Source: Rotaria socialis (lineage: Eukaryota). From it: DNA of 64,000 bases. Positions 50,851-64,000 of the stretch are shown in pieces. The notes under the pieces are model-generated. The model had not been told where the DNA came from, searched no databases, and saw only the letters and a program-made list of their open reading frames with translations. The DNA lies in assembly GCA_905331295.1 (NCBI GenBank), contig CAJNYD010000589.1, positions 1-64,000 of the forward strand, read 5' to 3'. A program made the position numbers and the translations under genes. Numbering within the stretch: the first letter of the stretch is position 1; each line of letters starts with the position of its first letter.

Positions 50851-52219
50851 AATGATCATACATATTGATTCGTGTAGGTCTCATAGCAAGGATTAAAAAT
50901 CCATTCAGTGTATTTACATAAAAAAGGTCGTTCTACATTTTATGATATATTGTAAATTTCTCAAGAACAGTATGAGATAGACAGCTGAATTTTTGACTGC
51001 TTATGTAACTTTTAGAACTATATCTTCGGTAAAAATTTGAGCGAAAATAATCAAGCTGTTCAGGAGTTATTCAGATAATAATTTTCAAAAAGTCGTTCTA
51101 CAAAGTGAGTCAAACTCGATTTTTTTAAAAATAATCGATATTTTTTACCGAAAAGAAAAATCATTTAGAAAGATTTCTTTCTACTATTTTGTTGCTCTTT
51201 CATTTGTCTTTCTTTTGCCTACCTTTACTCTCCTCCCAGTCCCACATAGACGACGTAAATTGAAACATAAGGTCGTTCTACACAAAGATGGCAGTGTGTG
51301 TAATTAATAATTTTAGACGAATGAGTGTGAAAAGAAAAAGAAAAACATATATGATACATACCATTTGATAGAGCATTTTAAGCTGTACAAAGCTGACTAT
51401 TCATTATATTTCTTTTCTTTTCTTTTATACCCAGCAGATATTCTTTTCTGAGTACATGTCCATATAAAATACGATTTTTTCACAGTATACGCTTAATAAC
51501 TCAGGGACTGTAGTAGCTAGAGAGCTGAAATTTTGGGTGACAGTGGAACACTCAAAGACCAGCAACATATCAAAAATTGGTCAAAATTGGCTTAGCAGAG
51601 AAAAAGTTATTAGCGAGAGATACAGCTAAAATTGCAATTGTACCAAGAAGTTCCAGTTCACTCATATATACGATTTATAAACAAACAACCAAAGTATTTC
51701 GAAGAAAACTTTTGCAGACTCAGCATATCCGATTGCCAAGAGACTAGACCAGAGATATTTCGATTGTCTGACTCATAACTTTCCTCAATACATATTAGGA
51801 TTCTGCTAGTGTGATATATGATAATATCTTAGTATAAAAATCATAAAAAAAATTTTTAGACTAGTCGGTCCTAAAGGACTCTCCGACCAATGGATTACCG
51901 ATACGTGTTGCACCGCTATCCGGCATACACACAATATTTTTTAATATGATCACAAGTAATGACTTGGGGTTTTCGTATTGTTAATCTACGCACATTTCTA
52001 AAAACCAAATAAAGTATGAATCACTGGATATATCTCCCAATTTAATTTTCAAGACATATTTATAGTCTGAATTGGACTTACTCATACGATTATTGTGTAG
52101 CGTGTAATATAAGAATGTTTTTCTCGCGCTACACTGCCTACTCTGTTCTCTTAGAGAAATAAAATAAAATGAGTTTAGTGATTCATGACTGATGCAAGTA
52201 TACGAAGTTTTTATTTAAG

Positions 52220-52978
52220 ATGACACACAATACTGCTGCTGGTCCAATTCCGAAATCACTACCGTGTACAGAAGAAATACTATCATATGAATTCCAATAC
52301 GAAGATGATGTGTCGGAAGCAGTTGAATGCCCACCTGAAATTCATTTCACAATACCTGAAGGTTTTGAAATAAGGAGAGCTCGTTACGGCATCGGTATTT
52401 ATACGACCAAGTTTATCCCTAAAAATGATTATATGTTCACGGCATATTATATTCCTATACATGACAAACAGCTAAAAGTCAAAGAAATCACAGATCGCGG
52501 AGACATAATAGAAATTGATACATCCACACACTTTTTGAATGCTGGTAATGGCACTTATCTACTAGATCCATGTGCAGCGCTAATAAATCACAGTTGTGAT
52601 GCGAATGCTAACAATATAGATGAAATAATTGGTATGAAAGTGACTCGTCGAAGCTCTTATTATGCGGTGCGTGACATACAACCGAATGAAGAGATAACAA
52701 TAAACTATTTGTTAGCAGTATATGAAGCTCCACGTAATTATGAGAACGAAGAGATCCACTTTAAACTTTAAGTTCTTCTATTTTTTTCTCTAGCCAACTT
52801 GCATCCTATTGACCCATGTGAATGTGGCAGCCCAAAATGCTTTGGGAGTATGCGAGGCTTTAAAAATTTGCCAGAAAGCGCAAAACAAGCATTATTACCT
52901 TACACTTTGCTACATGTTCGTGTCGCCCACTTTATGGACAAACAGAAAAAAGTAGATAAGAAACTTGACCAAAACTAG
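52220..52978 (+). CDS. Small stand-alone SET + post-SET lysine methyltransferase; exons 52220-52733 and 52794-52978, 232 aa
   Basis: GIGIYT, LINHSCDAN, AVRDIQPNEEITINY. A 60-bp phase-1 intron restores the post-SET CECGSPKC followed by GSMRGFKNLP. Confidence 0.9.
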
Positions 52979-53564
52979 ACTTTTATTTCTTTATTTTCTA
53001 ACTGAGCACAATAAAGTCTACATTTTCCCAACAGATTCAAATAAATACGATAATTATAATCTACTGAAACAAGCCACAATGTCGCTTTACCTAATCCAAG
53101 AAATTGAAATGCTTTCCAGGCGCAAGTATGAGTTTCTGTTGAAGTATATTCAACAAAACATAGAACACCGATGATACATTTGAAATGAGCTTCACCATTA
53201 TTTCCAACTGCATAATTTCGCGCAACGGTTAGTGTTGTAATCGTTGCCACAGACATTTCACTCACAATTGTCTGAGCTGGAAAAAATTCTCAGAACGGGT
53301 TTAAATTCGCAATCGTAAACCACGACTGTGATCTGTTGACGTTTATTTAAAAAGCGTAAGAAACGAAATATTTTATGCGAAATGGTAATTTTTAAACCGC
53401 AAAGCAACGAAATTTCTAAAAACTAAATGTTTAAATATAAGAGATGACAAAATTTTAGACTCCCCTTAATGTTTATGCCCTTTCTTTTTTTGATTTCATT
53501 CGAAATCAACTTGCTCACTACCTTTTCACCCTGATAAACTTTACACAATTTTGTTATAAAAGTA

Positions 53565-54750
53565 ATGGGACGTAAAACTATTGATATTGGTATAAAAAGA
53601 GGTATTATTCAGCTACGTGACAGTGGTATGTCTTAACATGTCTCGAAGATTGAATATTGCAACGATTAATTAACTTGATTCCAATTTCACAATTACGTCA
53701 ATTTTCTTTTTACGATTCAATTCTACGCTTGTTTGATTTTAATTTTCCGTTTATATCAATTCATCTTTTCGACTAATTCTGCTTACTTTAATTTGCATTC
53801 TCTTTCGAACTAGAGAACAGTCAGCAGCGAAAGGAAGATAACGTTTCAAGGGGGAAAAGGGCGACTTCCGTACTTCGAAGTACGTGAAGTACGGAAGTCG
53901 CGCCTTTTCCCTTTGTAAGGTTTACATATAAAAAATTAAAAACATGGAAGAAAGAGAAAAGATTAAGTCATATATCGTAATGATGAGGCTATACAATATC
54001 GATTCAAAGGATGCCCGTCTTCTATTATGGACCCGCTCATTTATGACTGGACGTTCTCTACTACTTCCATTTCTCAAACGATCTTTCCCTGTATTGATGA
54101 TGTCTTTTTTTGGCAGAAAAATTTCTCGACATAATGTTCACCAAACTATTCAAAATTTTAATGAATTTCACACGGTTGCTACAAAATCTAGAGCCAAACG
54201 TCATTCAAAGCTAACAGATCGTTAAAAACGAGCAATTAAATTACAACAAGTTCGTGATGATACTCTTTGTTTGAATGATCTTGTCCGGCATGTTCAAACA
54301 AGTTTCAATCTTACTGTCAGTCGTCGAACAGTGAGCCATATCCTTCATGAATTTTACTAGATTTCTGATATTGTACTAAGAAAGGCTCGAATAAATTATA
54401 AATAAATATATGCTCGTCTTCATTGGTGCGATGAACATTTAACGTGGGGTGAAAAATATTGGTCAAATTTCATGTTTATAGATGAAAGTAATTATGTAAT
54501 ATTAAGTTGAAAGAATTGGATCTATATAACTCGATTTCGAAATGATTTAAAGCGATTTGAACGATCTGACCAGCGGGTAAATAGAGGTGTTGGTGTTGGT
54601 ATTTGGTCTTCTCTAATATGTCAAGGCCTTGGACCACCTGTTTTGTTAAGATGGTTCCTTAAATTAAGATAAATATATGGGTCTATTCTAGAAGCATTTA
54701 GCAACAGCGTTTGAAAATTTTCCACGAGAGAAGCAGACATGCACAGATAA
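53565..54750 (+). pseudogene. Decayed Tc1/mariner transposase, interrupted by a ~460-bp insertion
   Basis: MGRKTIDIGIKRGIIQLRDSGMS, then KISRHNVHQTI...KLTDR, VSRRTVSHIL, RLHWCDEH and FIDESNY, with many stops. Confidence 0.8.
53847..53915. mobile_element. 69-bp hairpin mini-MITE of the CAAGGGGG family, TSD TAACGTTT/TAAGGTTT
   Basis: Near-perfect palindrome with GCGACTTCCGTACTTC/GAAGTACGGAAGTCGC arms and a 7/8 TSD. Confidence 0.8.
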
Positions 54751-56655
54751 AGACAAAGATAGAGGAACCAATGATTACTGGAGAGTGAAACCAATCTTGG
54801 AAAATTTTATATGATAACTAAAATAAAGTACCATGTGATGAGTATAATACTAATATCTTACAGATAAGAAAGATTATTTAAGTATACATGACTTGAATGC
54901 TGATTGAATAAAACATTTTAAAACTAATGAACTATTATATTTCTTTTTTGAAGTCTCCAATAGACATAAATGCTGTTTTATCGCTTTCATTCGACCGCTA
55001 CCGATGAGCTTTTCCATGTACGCACATAATTTAAGATGCATCAGAGACTAAAACATAGGGGTATCTAGAAAAATGCGCCTAAACTAGGAAGAAATCGATC
55101 AGCGAAAGTGTTTAAATTGAGGGTTCTGCATAAATGTAAGAGTGAAAGTCGTTTGATGAGCTTATTCGCGTTTCAATTACTATAATTCACTTCGATCTAT
55201 TGTTAATCTCTTAATCGATTGCTGAGTTTAGTCAGCTCCTATGTACAATAATCGGTTATAATTCATTTATTTTCTAAAGGATTACGATATTTCTGTCGAT
55301 TGTCGTTCGATCTTTTTTCAAAGCTGGCAATTACTTTTAGAAAAATCAGATTTGTTAGTCATAATAAAGAATAATAGAAATTTATTTAGAAATTTTTCAT
55401 TTGGTTTGCAAGACGAATTGTAATTATATAAGCGAGAGCGAATATCGCAAACAAAGCATAATCAAAAGTCTTGTATTTATCAAGGGTTTTAATCTTTCAT
55501 GCTTAAATATTTTAATTTGGCATGCATATATTTTGAACTTCTTTTCATCGCATAACGTATCAAAATCGGTTATTACTTGCGGTCAAAATTCAATACAACA
55601 GTTCAGATGCACTTGCAAACGATTTCACATAAATAAGAGAACCTATTTTTGAAAGTCCCAGATCAAGTAAATTTGGCCTGGCGGCTTTATACGCTAACGA
55701 CAAATTCAGGTGAACCCTGCTTGAATAATTCTTCAGCTATTCGTTTATTTTTTGTGCTTGACATAGTATACTACAAGGTTTTATGAAAATTGTTTGATGA
55801 AGGATGGATAAGAACATATGTGGATTTCCAGAAAACAAAAAACCAATTAAGGTGGGATTTTCTGTGCTTCAGCAATTAATTTAGTTCTTCAGATGCCATA
55901 CACTTAAAATCAAAATCTCAACTGTTTTTATCCGATGAATTGTACAGTTTAGGAAAAACTAACTTTTTGGATGGCTTCAACCGTTTATGTTGCTAGTTTC
56001 AACATTGACAGAAGGTAAATATTTTGAGTACAAATCATTGCTCATTTTAACTTATTACTACCCGGACTAAATCTGTCTAGGCGTTAATTACTCGTACAGT
56101 GTGGATAAGAAAAAAGACTCCTTGTCGAAAAGTCGCCTGTTCACTTCGATTTTTGCCGTACATAAATTTCAGTTTGTTCGAATAATGTGTCTAAGTTTCA
56201 AGTGCGGTTAAATATACTATATTATTTTTAATTACTCGTATAGAGTAAACTAAACAATGAGTGATGGTTCAAGGTGAAAATCTGAAAAAATGAATAGCTT
56301 TCCAAAACATTTTACGAGTAGACAACGTTTTTTTTTGGAGCAATGGAAAACTTCTTTGCATAGCTCTGGCCTGGAAATCTTAATTATTGTCGTAATGTTA
56401 ACCATATAAGTTATACTAAAATGACTAAAAACGCAGAGTCGATAAAAATCACGTTTAAAGTAATTTAATTCTAGAATACAACAACTGATTACCCATATGT
56501 ATTGATCTCCGATGTCATAAGTTCCTATTTGTTTTTCGAAAAAACTATTGTGAATCAATAATAGATAATCGAAGATTTTTCATACTTTTTCTGTAGGAAA
56601 GTTCAATATAAAGTCATACTATAGATACTCCGCATATTATCGAGCGTCAGTCATT

Positions 56656-59600
56656 TTAGTCGCAGTAGATGTAAACAGCCATATCTGGCTTCATAGTTTC
56701 GCCAAGTTGAAAATGACGCCCAGTATTTTTTTCTGGGCCACCATCGACAAATGTAAAATGTTGCATTAAGCGAGTTATCATTGTTTTTAACAGTAGCCGG
56801 GCTAAATCTTGACCCATACACTGACGGGGCCCTCCTCCAAAAGTATTTAATGCATAGCGGTGATGATCTTTATCTTTTGCATCCAAACCAAAAAATCTTT
56901 CTGGAATGAATTGGATTGGATCTAACTTCCAATAGCGTTTATCTTTGTGCATATTATAGTAAGCCACCAAAACAGTATCGCCCTTAGCTAATTTTATTCC
57001 ATCGATCTCATCATTTTGTTTAAGAGTTTTCATAGTTGAACTGAAAATAGGTGCATGTCGTAACAATTCTTTTACAACACAGTCCACATATTGAAGTTTC
57101 TCCAATAATTCATTGGTCAAATATGTCTCTTTTGTTATACCATTGGCCATCAATTCTTGTTTAATTTTTTCTTGCACTACAGGATATTTACTCATGTAGT
57201 AAATCCACCAAGATATCGCTGTGGCTGGTGGATCCGTACCGGCTTCAATTATTGATAAAATCTCTTGAAATAGTTCTTCACGCGATAAGCCTAAAAAGAA
57301 AGCTACACATATTTAACTTTTCATATTCTTATTCCGCATTGTGTACATCAGTATTTGTCCGCGTCTTTGCTTGATTTTTATTTAAACTTTCAAATATATC
57401 AGTGTTTTCTAACGAAAATCTAATAACTATTGATGTTGTTTCTTTGTAATTATTAACATTAGGATTTCTACTAACTATCAAATATTTCTGCTCAGATGAA
57501 AGTAGGAATTCAGAATGAATTCATTATTTTTATTTTGGCATCATAAACTGAGTAAGTGAGCAATTTGGTTCATAATTTTCGAAGCCAGACATTGATTGGT
57601 TAATGTTCGATTTAATTCAAAAACACACTAACCGATCACAATACAACTGCTGACTAATGCTTTAGAAAATGAAAGATCACTAATGCCTTGTAAATTCATG
57701 AAAAATTTCATTTCGCAGGGATGTAGTTGAACTCGAATCGTACCAGCCAGTAGTACATTCATAAGGGGTGAATTTAACTTGGGAAACAATAAAGCAGTTT
57801 AAACAATCTCAACCTGACGACTAGGTACGATTGTTATTATTCTTTTATCCTATTCCTCTGTACATGAATGAGTAAAACTCTCTCAACATTAAATTTGATC
57901 GTACAGATTTTGTTATTTTCCTGAAAATTCTATCTCCTAACTGCTAGGCAATAACTACATGGTTGAGCATATATTCGGAGTTCATTAAGCAGTACCTTAA
58001 ACAAAAGAGAAGCTATTTAGTCTATCTTGAATGTGACACTCATTCCGATTACTTGAAATATATTTAACGGGGAACATTACCTTTTGTTTCAAACTGATTT
58101 AATAATATCAGTACACTTGTAATCAAATATACTATTATAGAAAGCTTGAACTGATCATGTTTTTGTTGTATAATAAGCATCAAAACGATTGTTAAACAAA
58201 TGTTTAGCAATTGTCGGATAAATATTCGATAAACCTGATCTGCTTTTATTTAAATAAATAACTATTACTTCTTCGTCATCATTAGTCAAATTTCATTTAG
58301 AATTAATCGTCTATGGTGCCTTCTGTACTTCTTGGCGAAGTATGCCGCGCAAAATAACGAGATGAAAAAATTGGAAGAAGTTGACCACTATTCTATCTTA
58401 CTTTTCCAATCATCTAACAAGAAAATCGTGTTTCATGGCTACTGTCAGATGATTATAACGCTTAACAGTTTAAATAATTTTTTTTGCTTTCTTCAAATTT
58501 CAAGATTCACAATTTCATTCCGATTGTTCTTTGAAAAAGTAGCTATATTAAATAATCAAATATTCAGGATTATTTCGATTCTAACGAATAAATCATAATC
58601 GTTAAGCTTCTCATTCGAATGTTAATATGTCAATCGACTATATCATCCAAAAAACTTACAAAGGAATCAATAAAGTTGACGAAACGCATTCAATAGTAGG
58701 ATCGAAACGCATCACTGTTATATACTCGTTTTTACATAACATTGGATTAGATGAGGGCGTGTGTATCGGTGTGTATAGCGTCCTAATCCAGGTGCAGATC
58801 TACACCCACACCCTTAAAGTCTAAAAAAAGACCCTTATTTTCGCTTTACTTTAACTTTTGAAGTTAAAGTGCCACCCCTAGTTCGGTACCCATCAATTCT
58901 ATCTTAATTCAGTCAGGAACCACAGGTGCAGCCGTGCCGACTTCCATGTTCTTGAAAATGCAATATTAGAAAGTCTAAATGAGGTTCGCGATTTTTTACT
59001 TCGATTCAATGTCTGTTTAGTACATACTGATAAGTTATAATTCACTGATTAAGTGGCACTTTCTTTTTCATAAAATACTGCTTAATGGATTACAGAGTAC
59101 CTTAGTGAAGCATCTTGCTAGCTATTGACCAACAGATTGGCTACATATTTATAAGACCTTAGGCACGTATTCCTAAGCTCTTGAATTGTAATATGATAAA
59201 ATGGGTTGTGTTCATCATGATTTGTGACAGAGCAGCATAATACATTATCAACGCACGATTTGATCCTATAACATAGTACGCTCATTCATTTTTACTTTAT
59301 TGTGATTTTAAAGATTCTAACTCAGCATAACTGCAGTAAATCAGACCTTGGAATTTGCCTGAATTGGAGATTATGTGATCTTTATCAGACTGCTTCAGGG
59401 CTATTCACCCACGATCACTTATTGACATTAATATAATCATAATCATGAGCGGAAGTAGCCGAGAAATAGTATGAAAAGAAATTATTCTCACAATCTATCT
59501 TTTGTAATGTGTTGAACTGAATTGTTTATGTGTAGCTTCATTTGAACAAATAGTCGTTAAATAACTAACTAATATGTGAACACATTAGTATTATCACCTT

Positions 59601-62600
59601 TTTATTTCATTGAAGATCTTTTGAGAAGATAATAATAAACCAAATCTTTTCTATGTTCATGGCAAAATCTTATTAGATACATATACATCTAAAGTAACCA
59701 AGCTGTCGAGGTAAAATCATCTTTTCACGATCTTGATAAGATTTTACTCGCAAGATATTTTACTGGGGTATCAAATTCTACGATGTGTAAATACTACATA
59801 TTAAAAAGAACAGAATATTCTATTTAAAAGTTTAGCATAGCGGCATTAGCTACAGTTTGTGATTCTATTTGTCATCTCGGAGATCTGAATGGTGTTTCAA
59901 ATATGTTCTCCTTTCTGAAAATTATGGAAAGACTATTTTACATCAATATATTCATTCAATCCAATCCATTCGGTCCTGAATTACTTAGATGTTGAAACAA
60001 CAAGGGGGGAAAGCGGATCCCGGGATCCATCGAAATTCACTGATCTCATTAGCATAATTTATTCTTTTATGCGTTTACAAGAACAAAAGAAATTAACTTG
60101 ACGTGTATTATAAGAAATTTAACATCAATATATACGCAGAACAACTGTACCGATATTACTAAATGTGCCATAACTGCAACTTATCTATGGGATATTTTTT
60201 AATATTTAATTACTAAGTGAAGATTTTACCACTTCTCAGCACACTGGAAGCTAACCATTAAGGCATTCAATTGTGCATACTGTATTATGACTATCCATAT
60301 GCATCAGTTCAAAATAAAGTTTCTGTCCTGAACTATTTCTGTGATGATGTCTGTTGGCATATTGAATAGTTTGTCATGTTGAAATGAAGGTCTCTGATTT
60401 AAACATTAATTATTCACTTATGTTCATCAGGAAAAATCAGTAGTGTCATATATCCAAAATTTTGGAGAAGTGCTCACATTTTTGCCGGAAGATGCAGCAC
60501 AAAGTGTGAGAGTTGTACATCTCTCAATGACCTGACACATCTCCAACAGCAAATCCCCGCATCTCCTGTGAAAGAAGTGAGCACTACTCGGAAAAATAAT
60601 ACTATTGTCGAGATAAAATAAATTCTTTGCAATGGTTACTGAATATAGGAAAAATTTGGCACTTTTCAAAGTTTATTGATGTTTTTTATTCATTGCAAGT
60701 TCAATAGCAGCATTTGAACAACACCTAAGAATTTTTGAACAAAAATTGATTGTTATTCAGCTGAGTAGAAAAAGATTTCTGATAGGAATTTATTTTAATC
60801 AGCAGTCGGTATATAACTTGTACTGAATGGTAAAAATATAGGTTTTTTTGACGAAAATTGTATGATTATTGAAGAAAATGATGATTTCTATCAGAATTAA
60901 GAATCTCATGACGAAGCTAATTTATCGGATTCTATTATCTCATCTTAAAATCGGTTAGTCTCTATCGAAATTCAACTAAAATCTAGTGATCTCGGAATGT
61001 GATATGAAACCTAGTTAAATAAGATCAGCTTATGACCAAATTTTATCGAGTCTCATCGGATTCCAGGAACATCTGATGAAATCTGAATTGGATTGGGTTG
61101 TACGTGGCTGAATTTTTGAGCTAGGATGATAAATTACAAAAATATATAATTGCCTTTAATATTATTCAGCTAGTCTCAGTTCAAACTTCTGTCTGTTTTA
61201 ACATATCTCAATATGAATTGTGATAGATTGATGTGAGATGTTATAAAATTACTCAATGTATATGTCTTTCTTTGTTAGAATAGAATTTGAATTTTACATA
61301 TTAATCCCTTCCCCATATTAATAAGGCTTCACGAGAAAATGTTCGTCAGAAACAATAGAAGATTGTATTAGTGATTTGTCATTAAAATATGCCTTTTTCT
61401 CCTGTTTTTGAGCTTGAAATATTAAACGTGCCTTCAGAATTATCATTACACTCTTAAAATTCTTAAAATTGTTTTGGTTCTTGGCAAAACTTTTGAATAA
61501 AATATTGGAAAAACAATTTGAAACTCAATAGGAAAATCCACTGAAAAAGTTTTACAATGGAGCGTAATAGAAGAGCCAGAGTCTTTCGTTACGGAGAAAG
61601 GGAAATTGCGCATCGTTCTCATTACCCCACTATGTTTTATCTATTTGCTATACAACAATAAAATTTTGCGGCATCTAGTATGATCCGCTGGAGCTGATGG
61701 GATCTACTGCGATATGCTGGGATCTGGGTTCCTGTTTATCCCCCTTGTAAAACAATAAGCATTTTTATGAGATAAATGTCGTTTCTACGCATTCATGTGA
61801 TGATTCATCTAGCATCTAATAAGAAAAAAATATGACTAAGGACGACTGCATCATTCAACAACTATCATCCTTGTTCTCGATCACTCACCTTGTTTTTCTT
61901 CTTCTCGCTTCTTCATTTCTTTTGCCTCATCCGTTTGCAATGATGCTACCACCGATGCGATCAAATTTGTTCTTTCATGTTTTTCGATTTGACGCAACCT
62001 ATCCAATTCTCGATTTATAATATCGTTTATAAATTCTCTCCATATATTTTGCGCTTTTTGATATTTTCTATTGAATCTTAAATACATACGAAGTAAGCAA
62101 CTTGGCAAAAAAATTGATAAGCTTAATGCAGAATAATTTATGTCAGATACAGTTTGCAGCGCTGAACTCAAAACTTGTTGCCGATTTATATATACTTCAT
62201 GCAAATCTTTGTCTGATAGAAGTAAAGCCATCAGAATATCAAACGACAAACTTTGTGTTTCTTCGACAATTTTGCTATTTAAATAATGAGGACCATTGTA
62301 TGTTTTCCAATTGCTAATAAATTTATCCATGCTATCAACAATTTTATTCAAATGCTTTGTGACTTTATTTTTTCTTAACAGAGGCATAAATGCACGAGCG
62401 TGTCTTTTATATTTTGCAGATTTAATTGCAAAGAATCCATGTTCATAAATCAAACTGAAACTATTTTGGACAATATCACCTAGATCATAAATTTGCCGGT
62501 TACTAAATATTTGCTGTGCGTGTTCGGCTTTATTAAATACATAAAAATGATAAGTGCCTAACCAAAACTGAAATATATCTCCATAATCTTTTTGTAATTT

Positions 62601-62777
62601 AGAATACACGTTAACTAACGATTCACCATCAAGAACACCTGTTTGTAACACATTACCCAACAGAAACTGTGGTTTCAGACCTGGTGCAATGCCACGTAAG
62701 GTGAAGTATTTTATCTTCAGATAAAAATAGAGTACGATAATAAATGATAAAATTACGACGATTGTTGTTAGTAACAT
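56656..62777 (-). CDS. Cytochrome P450 (microsomal type); exons 61889-62777 and 56656-57290, 507 aa
   Basis: TM anchor, PGLKPQFLLGN, I-helix EAGTDPP, KELLR (ExxR), FIPERF and FGGGPRQCMG. Phase-1 intron of 4.6 kb (GTGAGT...TTTTAG). Confidence 0.93.
60001..61747. mobile_element. hAT-type element of the CAAGGGGG family in the P450 intron, TSD TGAAACAA/TAAAACAA
   Basis: CAAGGGGGGAAAGC...TTTATCCCCCTTG, a 7/8 8-bp TSD and GGGATC subterminal motifs. Confidence 0.75.
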
Positions 62778-63766
62778 TTTTTAATTCATCACAATGAGCC
62801 CCCAGAGAATCAACTTTTGTGAGTAGTTTTGTTTTGATCTACTCCTTTTTATATTAAAGGTCTGTACAGTCAGAAACGAGCAACAAAATTACTTTTTTTT
62901 CATCGTCACATACCGATGGTTTTCTTTTCTGCTCCTGTAATCTAACTATAGCGTGCGCTTGTGGAGTGTTTTACTGTGACAAAATGAGCTACTGAATCAG
63001 GCTTTTTTTCTACTTACGTGACCGACATCAAGGATATTGATAACAGTGATGGGACCAGTACGGTTAAAAATTTCTAAAAAAAATTATCTTTCAATTCGGC
63101 TCGTTTTCAATAATATTTGGTTCGGTTCGACGACCTTCAAATTAAAGTATATATTTTTTTAAATGAAAGAAACGAAAAAGAAAATATACGTTTATACAGG
63201 GTTTGCATTAAAAAGGTGACTCTGTGTGGATACTAACCATGAGAAATCACTCCATCTACCTAAAAACAGATATCATTAATAGCAATAGCGCATGTATGTA
63301 TATATCTCTATTTAGAACGCTTCTGATTAGTAACTTCTATATTTGAATAACGGACGCGGGTGTGGGGTGTGGGTGTGAACAGCAGTCAAGACTAGTTTCA
63401 TCCTTGCTGAAGGGAATCATCAGTTGACAAATAATCTAAATGATAAAATTAAATTTAAATAAATAAATTTAAAAAATCACAAGATAAAAATATATCTGAC
63501 ATAAATATAGAATTAAATTAACTCATATATAAATGTTGATAATTTCAAATAACTGTAGTGTGAATTAGCTGCCATGATCTAGATTTCATCCCGGCTAAAG
63601 GAATCATCAGATGGCTTAAAATATCTTGAATTATTCTTAATCGAAAATTCAAAACAAATTCTAATATCTTCAAGAATTTACAAAATTATATAAAAATAAT
63701 AATGTAATAGAAGATTTCCTTTCACAAATCATTATTCGGTTGGTGATCGTTGTTGAATGAATGATA

Positions 63767-63981
63767 TTACTGTTGTTTGATTTTGTTTTGCTGAATTAAT
63801 TTTTTTGTTGGTTTTTCGTTGGTTGGGTTATGTTGTTGTTCCGGTGGATATAAGCAGTGGGATTGTTTGATTTCATATGAAGTAGGTTGAAAGACTACTG
63901 TTGTTTCGCTATTTGCTGTTGGTGTTTTTTTTATATCATTATTGAGTCTTGAAAAATATGTAATGGTCGTATTTATAGTAT
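63767..63981 (-). CDS. Possible terminal exon of an unknown gene continuing beyond the window
   Basis: Strong acceptor TTTCTGTTTCAG followed by ~70 open T/Q/N/P-rich codons; no recognisable domain. Confidence 0.3.
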
Positions 63982-64000
63982 CTGAAACAGAAACGAAATG

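Overview
AT-rich eukaryotic genomic DNA with spliceosomal GT-AG introns and one 10-N gap at 1291-1300. The LTR-retrotransposon architecture and gene types suggest a bdelloid rotifer, but that is inference. Five host genes that appear intact, all encoding tailoring or modifying enzymes, lie among many nested transposons: a 2-exon O-methyltransferase (minus, 8.5-kb TE-filled intron), a highly atypical P450 with no intron in its CDS (minus), a 7-exon flavin amine oxidase (minus), a small 2-exon SET/post-SET methyltransferase (plus) and a 2-exon P450 whose I-helix Thr is replaced by Pro (minus). Mobile elements include an intron-containing hAT transposase gene and a full-length Ty3/gypsy LTR element (identical 271-bp LTRs, GTTCA TSD, tRNA-His-like PBS) whose third ORF is a DEDDy exonuclease-like protein behind its own splice acceptor. 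There are also two decayed Tc1/mariner copies, a tRNA-derived SINE with TSD, a Helitron-like fragment and many hAT, CMC/EnSpm-like and Kolobok-like MITEs. The best candidate for an undescribed system is the co-located enzyme set (OMT + two non-canonical P450s + amine oxidase + stand-alone SET), a possible animal secondary-metabolism or detoxification cluster, perhaps partly horizontally acquired. All gene models were built by eye, with splice phases checked by hand.
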